Below are positions 36,098 to 41,695 of a stretch of 41,695 bases of DNA, one piece after another. The position numbers were made by a program, and so were the translations under genes. The notes below the pieces were generated by a model. That model did not search any database. It saw nothing but the letters and a program-made list of their open reading frames with translations, and was not told the origin of the DNA. How positions within the stretch are numbered: the stretch's first letter is position 1; every line of letters begins with the position of its first letter. Location of the stretch: assembly GCA_052360825.1 (NCBI GenBank), contig DBJWYX010000001.1:1-41695 (forward strand). The letters run 5' to 3'. The stretch is from Candidatus Wunengus sp. YC64 (GTDB lineage Bacteria > Planctomycetota > Brocadiia > Brocadiales > Brocadiaceae).

Positions 36098-37203
36098 TCA
36101 ATGACAAGACTCACCCTATGCACACGAGACGGTTGCGGTAGGCTTTCTAGTGCAGCTATGATATCCTGTTGTTGTGGGTCTATGGCTAAGGACTTATTCC
36201 AAACGCTCCTCGCCCTGATTGGATTTTCAGCCATTTTGTAGCAATGTCCTAAAAGGTTGTAGAGCGGAATTATTTCATCTGTGTCCGTTGTTTCTGACAA
36301 TATGGAGTTAATACTATGGCTTGTCTCATGGGTTTCGATAGATTTTTCTATGAAACAAATAGCGTCCTGGTATTTTTTTTGGTCGTAATAAAGTTTTCCT
36401 AAATTGTTGACTGCACTGATATAGGATATGTCAAGTTTTGCAGCCATTGTAAATAATGCCTCTGCCTGCTTATCCATTCCCAATTCAATGCAACATTCAC
36501 CCAGCAAGTTATATGCCTCGGTATTATTTTTGTCCATGAGTAATGTCTCTCTGAGGTGTTTCATGGCCCTGGGATACATTTTTTGCATCTTATAGATGAT
36601 TCCAAGTAAAAAATGCACTTCGGGAAGAGATGAATCGGTTTTGAGTACGCGCAAGAGGATATTTTTGGCCTTTGTGTAATTGTCTTTCTTGATAAGTAAT
36701 TTACAAAGGTTTACAGCAGGTGGTATATAATCTGGTTTTAAGCTGAAAGATTCAGTGAAGAAGGATTCCGCTTCTTTTTCTAAACCGAGGTGGATGTGGC
36801 ACAATCCCATGAAATAATAAGTTTCATAATCGTCGGGTTTGGCCAGTACAACTTCTTTGAAATGAGAGAGCGCCATAGTGTATTCTTTGCGCTCCATATA
36901 CAAAGAAGCAAGATTATAATGGGCTTCAGTTAAAGCAAAATCAATGTGTAATGCTTTTTTAAATTTATTGATTGCCTCCATATATTTTTTGTTTCTGATG
37001 TAATAAATTCCCAGGTGATTGTAACCTTGGGCATAACGGGGGTTCATTTCAACGGCGGCCTTTAAGTATGGATAGGCTTCATCCCAGCTGCCTTTTTCAA
37101 TCAAGGTGTTTGCAAGAGTGACATTAATATCGAAATCATTGCAATTGTCATCGTTATTGGTTGGAACGGTATTAAAAGAATTATTTTTCATTACGTTTAT
37201 CAT
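36094..37203 (-). CDS. Stand-alone TPR repeat protein (369 aa), 12 nt downstream of csrA
   Basis: At least 8 TPR-like 34-mers, for example WDEAYPYLKAAVEMNPRYAQGYNHLGIYY, YMEAINKFKKALHIDFALTEAHYNLASLY and YQDAICFIEKSIE. There is no catalytic motif. Confidence 0.8.
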   Translation of the reverse strand: MINVMKNNSFNTVPTNNDDNCNDFDINVTLANTLIEKGSWDEAYPYLKAAVEMNPRYAQGYNHLGIYYIRNKKYMEAINKFKKALHIDFALTEAHYNLASLYMERKEYTMALSHFKEVVLAKPDDYETYYFMGLCHIHLGLEKEAESFFTESFSLKPDYIPPAVNLCKLLIKKDNYTKAKNILLRVLKTDSSLPEVHFLLGIIYKMQKMYPRAMKHLRETLLMDKNNTEAYNLLGECCIELGMDKQAEALFTMAAKLDISYISAVNNLGKLYYDQKKYQDAICFIEKSIETHETSHSINSILSETTDTDEIIPLYNLLGHCYKMAENPIRARSVWNKSLAIDPQQQDIIAALESLPQPSRVHRVSLVID

Positions 37204-37215
37204 GACTTCATTCCT

Positions 37216-37494
37216 TTATGAAAGATGTTTTGAAGAAACCATTTCTTCAGATGTGGACTTTTTTACACCTTTTCGCCATATTTGGGCAATTTCTATTAGA
37301 TCATGTTTAGACACTGTGGAAGCCTTCTGGTTTTCCTCTTGAATCTTTTCGAAAATTTCTTCCCGATGAACCTTGATATTTTTTGGCGCTATGATGCCCA
37401 ACTTAACCTGTTTGCCCTGGCATTCTAATAGGGTAACTTTTATTTCGCTTCCTATGGTGATGCTTTCTCCTAACTTCCTTGTCAGTATAAGCAC
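37216..37494 (-). CDS. csrA: Carbon storage regulator CsrA (92 aa, GTG start, long C-terminal extension)
   Basis: [47 protein letters not shown] is the canonical CsrA core. It lies immediately downstream of fliW. The start codon is the complement of 37492..37494, which is GTG. Confidence 0.92.
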   Translation of the reverse strand: MLILTRKLGESITIGSEIKVTLLECQGKQVKLGIIAPKNIKVHREEIFEKIQEENQKASTVSKHDLIEIAQIWRKGVKKSTSEEMVSSKHLS

Positions 37495-37523
37495 GGTACT
37501 TTACCTTTCTGAAAGTTGATCAA

Positions 37524-37994
37524 TTAATATCGAATGAGCTGTTGGTTTAAGCTGTAATAGTCCTCTGTGAGCACGACCTGTTTCCCCATTTTATTTTTCA
37601 TGTTAATGAGTATCGGTCCTTTTAGATTTAGCGTTACATCTTCTGGCTTTTTCCCCAGGGTAACAATACAAAACATTTCAACGTCTTTTTCCTTTTTGAT
37701 GTTAAGCAAGACAAGATCATCTTTTGATAGAGAGGGTTTATAATCAGAGAAAAAGAGTGTTGGATTAAGGATGGGAAAAGCAACCATCGGGTCTTCCAAA
37801 GAAACCAGCCATTCAAAAGGAAGACATTCTTCAACAGCTATAATGGCAAATTGTTTCAGCTCTTCAAATCCCAATAATCCTTGTTCAAATGTTATTATAT
37901 TTTCCTTTTCAATGCTCAAGTTGCCGAAATTACTCGTTGATAATTTTACTACCGTACTGCTTTCTTTCATTGGCCTTTCTTCCATTTTTAACAT
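37524..37994 (-). CDS. fliW: Flagellar assembly factor FliW (CsrA antagonist)
   Basis: NIITFEQGLLGFEELKQFAII...PFEWLVSLEDPMVAFPILNP...INMKNKMGKQVVL. An AGGAG sits 6 nt upstream of the ATG at 37994. Confidence 0.9.
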   Translation of the reverse strand: MLKMEERPMKESSTVVKLSTSNFGNLSIEKENIITFEQGLLGFEELKQFAIIAVEECLPFEWLVSLEDPMVAFPILNPTLFFSDYKPSLSKDDLVLLNIKKEKDVEMFCIVTLGKKPEDVTLNLKGPILINMKNKMGKQVVLTEDYYSLNQQLIRY

Positions 37995-38048
37995 GTTATG
38001 CTCCTGTCGTGGATAAAGTTTAAAGAAATAAAATTATTAGTGAAATTT

Positions 38049-38064
38049 AGCAAACATTGTGCCA
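38049..38064 (-). promoter_or_regulatory. Sigma-54 (RpoN) -24/-12 promoter upstream of fliW-csrA-TPR
   Basis: The minus strand reads TGGCACaatgtTTGCt, a full match to the TGGCAC-N5-TTGCW consensus. It is located about 55 nt upstream of the fliW ATG, inside the 296-bp flgL-fliW spacer. Confidence 0.6.
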
Positions 38065-38290
38065 TGAAATGCGCATGAAATTATGTAAAATGTGAATGAG
38101 ATTCTATTCTATTTAAAATAATGAACTTAAGAATGGTGTGGTTTATATTCGTTTTAATCAATGATGTGATTTATTAAAAAAAAGGGGAAAATTATTCCAT
38201 ATAGGTAAAAAATTCTAAGGGGGATATATTCCGTAGATTAGTGAGGATGTAATATCTTTACACAGGTTGATTAATTTTTATACAGGGAAT

Positions 38291-39202
38291 TTATCTTAAA
38301 AAATCAAGAAGGGTCTGTTGAATGACCATTGCGCCTGTTTTCAGGGAGGATTGAAGGACGTTTTCCTGGTGTTGCAAGTCTACAATTAAAGATGCGACGT
38401 CAGCGTCTTCGGTATATGAAATCAGTTCCTTTAATGCCGTTTGTGAATTTCCCAGGCTGTTTGTGGTCATTTCCAACCTGTTAGCCTTTGCGCCAAACTT
38501 GGTAATTTCTGTAGATAGGGCATTCGTCGCAGTATCAAAGGTGTTTCTCAAGTTTGAAAAGGCTGTGGAATCAAAAGTGCTTGCCTTTAATGCGTCTCGT
38601 AATGATATCAGTGTGGAGAAGGCCTTATTGTCCTGGAATAATTTACCTCCGGGTAAGTTTACCTGTATTAATGTGTCGGGGCCTATCTGGTATTTAATTT
38701 CTTCATTATTACCGTTGTAGGATACAGATGTAATGTTACCATTGCTGTCCCGTGTGGCTGTAAAAGCAGATGTGAGAGTCTTTGTGCCTGAAAATATATA
38801 TCGGCCATTATTGTCTGTGTTTGCGTTTTGCAGAACAGACTCCAGCAATTCGTCTAATTCATTTGCAATGATGTTCCTGTCAGACTGTCCAAGTGTATCA
38901 TTACCAGCTTGAATGGCCAGATCTTTGATCTTCAAAAAGAGTTCCTGTATGCTTTCGAGCGTGTTGGATGTGTAATTTATCTGTTCTTTAGCAGTTTCGG
39001 TATTATCTAAAAATTGCTGTACCTGGAGCTCTTCTGCTCTTAAACCAAGGACTTTTCTGGTGCCAGAGGGGTCGTCAGAAGGGCGGTTAATTTGTTTTCC
39101 ACTGGATAGCTTTTCCTGTATTCCTTGTATTTTCTTATAGTTCAAATTGATATTAGAAAGTGTTGTGCGGTTTAAGCTTTCCTGGGTTATTCTGAAGGGC
39201 AT
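38291..39202 (-). CDS. flgL: Flagellar hook-associated protein 3 (hook-filament junction) FlgL
   Basis: Flagellin-type N-terminus RITQESLNRTTLSNINLNYKKIQGIQEKLSSGKQINRPSDDPSG and C-terminus DADVASLIVDLQHQENVLQSSLKTGAMVIQQTLLDFL. It follows flgK. A GGAG sits 8 nt upstream of the ATG. Confidence 0.9.
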   Translation of the reverse strand: MPFRITQESLNRTTLSNINLNYKKIQGIQEKLSSGKQINRPSDDPSGTRKVLGLRAEELQVQQFLDNTETAKEQINYTSNTLESIQELFLKIKDLAIQAGNDTLGQSDRNIIANELDELLESVLQNANTDNNGRYIFSGTKTLTSAFTATRDSNGNITSVSYNGNNEEIKYQIGPDTLIQVNLPGGKLFQDNKAFSTLISLRDALKASTFDSTAFSNLRNTFDTATNALSTEITKFGAKANRLEMTTNSLGNSQTALKELISYTEDADVASLIVDLQHQENVLQSSLKTGAMVIQQTLLDFLR

Positions 39203-39259
39203 AGTTTAATCTCCAATAATTAAGTAAATTAGGCTGCCTGCGGCGGCAACTTTTAAGCT

Positions 39260-39333
39260 CCCCTCTAGAAAGAGGGGCTGGGGATGTGTTGTGGCAAACA
39301 TACACACCCCTTTATCCCCTCTTTTTAGAGGGG
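39260..39333. repeat. Three adjacent GC-rich stem-loops in the flgK-flgL spacer; the two outer ones share the same 7-bp stem
   Basis: First hairpin: CCCCTCT-agaa-AGAGGGG (39260-39277). Second, imperfect hairpin: GGGGaTGTGT...ACACACCCC (39280-39310). Third hairpin: CCCCTCT-tttt-AGAGGGG (39316-39333). The structures are visible directly; their function is unknown. Confidence 0.55.
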
Positions 39334-39405
39334 AATCACAAAAGATTGGAATTCCTGTACATCAAGGTATTGCAATTTAACCAGTAAACTGTGCAGTAAA
39401 GAAAA

Positions 39406-41379
39406 TTAACCCAACGTGCTTAATAGCCTATCCATAAGTCCGTTAACAATTGAGATATATTTTGCCGAGGCTTGATACGCCTGTTGATACCTTACCAGAT
39501 TGACTAATTCTTCATCTACTGAAACACCGGATATTTCATCTCTTCGGTTTTGCAGGCTTGTTTCTATTACGTCATAGCTCTCCTCAGATTTATAGGCATT
39601 ACTTGCTTCTTCTCCTAATGACGATGCAATCTGATGCAAATAATCAGCGAATGTCGTATTATTAATGGCGCTGGTGTCGTCCTGTAGTTCAGCCAAACGT
39701 AATGCGTTTGTATTGTTTCCGACCTCTCCCGTTGAGGCTGCAATCAGAGAAACATCGTTGCTTACGTCTGTACTGACGGCAATGTTCGAGGCATCAGAAC
39801 CACTAAAAAAGGTATTAATGCCTAGAGCAGCCAGGAGGTTCGTTGTATCTGAATCATTTATAACATTGAGCGAAAAGGTATCTCCTGTAGTAATCGAGCC
39901 GCTGGAGAGGGAGAGAGACACACCGTTCGCAACATTTAATGTGTTTCCCGCGGTATAAGTGCTTCCTACATCGAGCGTCGCCACAACGGTTCCGCCGCTA
40001 TTCTTTACTTCTACCTGAAGTCCCGATGTTGTTCCAATCGTGCCCGACCCTAAAGCTGTGAATGTGTATGTGTCATTTGACTGCCCTGAATATACGCCAG
40101 ATACCGAAGCCGTTGATGTTCCCAATGCTCCGGGATTTGGGTCAAGGGCATATGAAAAATTGAATTTGTAACCTGTTGCGGCGCCGATTTGAAGTTTGTT
40201 GTCTGCGATGGATGCAGTAATATTGCCGGCGGTACCGCTTACAGTGGCATTTATGGCATTTTTGACGTCAGTGAGGGAATTCGTTGCGACATTTACAGAT
40301 ACTTTGTTCTTTGTTACTGCGCCTGTACTGGTATTTATTACCGTAATATACATGTCACCGGTGGAGGGAGTAATTGTTAATCCGGCAGTATTAAGAACGG
40401 CAGTGGCGCTTGACACAGAGTTGATTGATTTTATACTGGTGAACCCGCCGGACAGCCCTACCCCTTCACCGTGGATACGATTAACGTCTTTTATAATGCC
40501 CGATGCAAGGTTATCGAGTTTTTTGTCATAATTAGCAATCGTCGTATTATAAAAATCTTGCAATGCTTTTATTTCTCCGGTCTTGAAAGTAAATTTTGAC
40601 ATTTTTTCAGAATCCGTGATACTGAGAGTTCCTGATGTATCAATATCAAAAGTAAGGCTTTTTACATTTGTACCGGAGACCAGCGACCCTCCAGGCGTCA
40701 TGACATCCACCATTCCATTATTTTGCGTGTTTACCGTTATGTGAGTAAGTTTGCTGAGATCGTGCAATAATGCCTCTCGTTTATCTAATAAATCATTGGA
40801 TTCGATACCTTTGGTTTTGAGCGAGGCTATTTGTTTGTTTATGCTTGCAATATTTGTGGTTATGGCATTGACGTCCGAGAGCTTATTTTCAATGCTTTGT
40901 TTAATAAATGTTTTCATTTGGTCCAGTTCGTTGACTATTCTTCGAAAGGTATCAGTCAACGTGTTTGCATTTTCGAGAAAAGTCGAACGGATACTCATGT
41001 CTTCCGGGTATTGTGAGAGATCGTTGATACCTTTGAAAAAAGAGGATAATGCGTTATTTAGGCTGGAATCAGAAGTTTCATTAAAGACAGTTTCCAGTTC
41101 TTTGAGATATTGACTTTTTATCGATGCACTGCCAATAGACGATGAAATATCTCTAAGGCGGCTGTTGAGGTAATCATCCTTATGTCGTATAATCTTTACC
41201 AGCTCTACACCTTGCCCGAGTGTGCCTGCAGTTGTAATCGTGGGGTTGCGTGCGGCCAGGACAGACGACTGCTTTGTATAACCCTTTGTATTAGCGTTTG
41301 AGATATTATGGGACGTAACCAACATAGAGCGTTGGGCGGTTAATATGCCGCTTAAGCCAATTTGTAAATCCGAAGACAT
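39406..41379 (-). CDS. flgK: Flagellar hook-associated protein 1 FlgK
   Basis: N-terminus LQIGLSGILTAQRSMLVTSHNISNANTKGYTKQ (rod/hook N-terminal motif) and C-terminus ISGVSVDEELVNLVRYQQAYQASAKYISIVNGLMDRLL. The central domain is long and rich in Ser/Thr/Gly. Confidence 0.92.
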   Translation of the reverse strand: MSSDLQIGLSGILTAQRSMLVTSHNISNANTKGYTKQSSVLAARNPTITTAGTLGQGVELVKIIRHKDDYLNSRLRDISSSIGSASIKSQYLKELETVFNETSDSSLNNALSSFFKGINDLSQYPEDMSIRSTFLENANTLTDTFRRIVNELDQMKTFIKQSIENKLSDVNAITTNIASINKQIASLKTKGIESNDLLDKREALLHDLSKLTHITVNTQNNGMVDVMTPGGSLVSGTNVKSLTFDIDTSGTLSITDSEKMSKFTFKTGEIKALQDFYNTTIANYDKKLDNLASGIIKDVNRIHGEGVGLSGGFTSIKSINSVSSATAVLNTAGLTITPSTGDMYITVINTSTGAVTKNKVSVNVATNSLTDVKNAINATVSGTAGNITASIADNKLQIGAATGYKFNFSYALDPNPGALGTSTASVSGVYSGQSNDTYTFTALGSGTIGTTSGLQVEVKNSGGTVVATLDVGSTYTAGNTLNVANGVSLSLSSGSITTGDTFSLNVINDSDTTNLLAALGINTFFSGSDASNIAVSTDVSNDVSLIAASTGEVGNNTNALRLAELQDDTSAINNTTFADYLHQIASSLGEEASNAYKSEESYDVIETSLQNRRDEISGVSVDEELVNLVRYQQAYQASAKYISIVNGLMDRLLSTLG

Positions 41380-41393
41380 ACTTTCTATTCTCC

Positions 41394-41695
41394 TTAGATT
41401 TCGGTATCGATTAAAACCATGGGAAGCTCATTACCCTGCATTTTCCCGGAATGTTGGTATATAGGGTTTTGATAAGAAGAGGAGCAAAATATCTTTACGA
41501 TATCTTCTGTAATATCGAGTGAATAATGAGTCAGGGTTGCATTGGTCTCATTTAAATCCTGCAATTGTTTTATGGATTGTTTTAACCTGTCAACCAGAGC
41601 ACCGAGCTTGTTACTGTGCAAGCGGTCTATTGTATTCATCAAAGATTTCATGGTAAAGGTGTCTTTAATATGATGTTCTTTGCAAAAATATTCCA
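41394..41695 (-). CDS. FlgN-like flagellar export chaperone, probably 5'-truncated by the right window edge
   Basis: The frame stays open upstream of the listed ATG (41651) to the window end (...EYFCKEHHIKDTFTMKSL...). It is a small helical protein ending 14 nt before flgK. LQDLNETNATLTHYSLDITEDIV resembles the FlgN C-terminal region. The call rests on position plus weak similarity only. Confidence 0.4.
   Translation of the reverse strand, partial: EYFCKEHHIKDTFTMKSLMNTIDRLHSNKLGALVDRLKQSIKQLQDLNETNATLTHYSLDITEDIVKIFCSSSYQNPIYQHSGKMQGNELPMVLIDTEI

Noticed and set aside
38170-38215. Possible intrinsic terminator after flgL: a T8 run on the minus strand preceded by GGAAtaattTTCC.
   Set aside because: Only a 4-bp stem can be drawn, which is too weak to call. 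The T-run is also unremarkable in this AT-rich spacer.
39203-39405. Sigma-54 or sigma-28 promoter for flgL in the flgK-flgL spacer (TGGTTAaattgc and GGGGAG...TTGC strings).
   Set aside because: The GG-to-GC spacing is wrong in both candidates, and there is no GCCGATAA-like -10. flgL is more likely co-transcribed with flgK.
2094-41113. Numerous 60-170-aa plus-strand ORFs in the supplied track, for example 2094..2507, 8855..9145, 12867..13211, 14358..14858, 17239..17568, 40196..40531 and 40751..41113.
   Set aside because: All lie antisense inside long minus-strand genes with clear domain signatures. Their translations are low-complexity (rich in Phe, Leu, Ser and Cys) with no recognisable motif or ribosome-binding site. 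They are typical shadow ORFs of AT-rich coding DNA.
1-41695. Search for tRNA, rRNA, CRISPR repeats, long direct repeats, toxin-antitoxin pairs and known defence-system signatures.
   Set aside because: None was recognised. Intergenic space is minimal, and every long ORF has a glycan-biosynthesis or flagellar signature.

Overview
All credible genes in this AT-rich 41.7-kb window are on the minus strand and tightly packed, several with overlapping stop and start codons. The right end (36.1-41.7 kb) holds a flagellar module. It runs flgN-like (open at the window edge), flgK, flgL, a 296-bp spacer with a perfect sigma-54 -24/-12 match, then fliW, csrA and a 369-aa TPR protein. This matches the Bacillus-type flgN-flgK-flgL-fliW-csrA order, but no flagellin gene follows csrA. 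A frameshifted, 3'-truncated IS630-family transposase relic on the plus strand (about 35.5-36.1 kb) sits at the junction. To its left lies a roughly 34.6-kb block of 21 genes ending in a partial gmd at the left edge; I read it as a glycan biosynthesis and modification island. By reading the translations I count 10 clear glycosyltransferase domains plus 2 putative ones, and 7 class I SAM methyltransferase domains. There are also 5 radical SAM enzymes: 3 cobalamin-type (class B) and 2 with SPASM/twitch-like Cys-rich tails. The island also encodes a NeuB-type ulosonic acid synthase, an SpsF-type cytidylyltransferase, a class III aminotransferase, an AlgD-like sugar dehydrogenase and a PP-loop N-acetyl-sugar amidotransferase. 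Many of these domains are fused into 900-1400-aa proteins that also carry TPR repeats. I saw no flippase, polymerase, initiating phosphoglycosyltransferase, ABC transporter or oligosaccharyltransferase. My main hypothesis is a cytoplasmic, TPR-targeted protein glycosylation system, most likely acting on flagellin, that builds a heavily methylated glycan containing an ulosonic acid. This is inference from motifs read by eye, without database searches. I found no rRNA, tRNA or CRISPR array. The taxon cannot be determined from the sequence alone.
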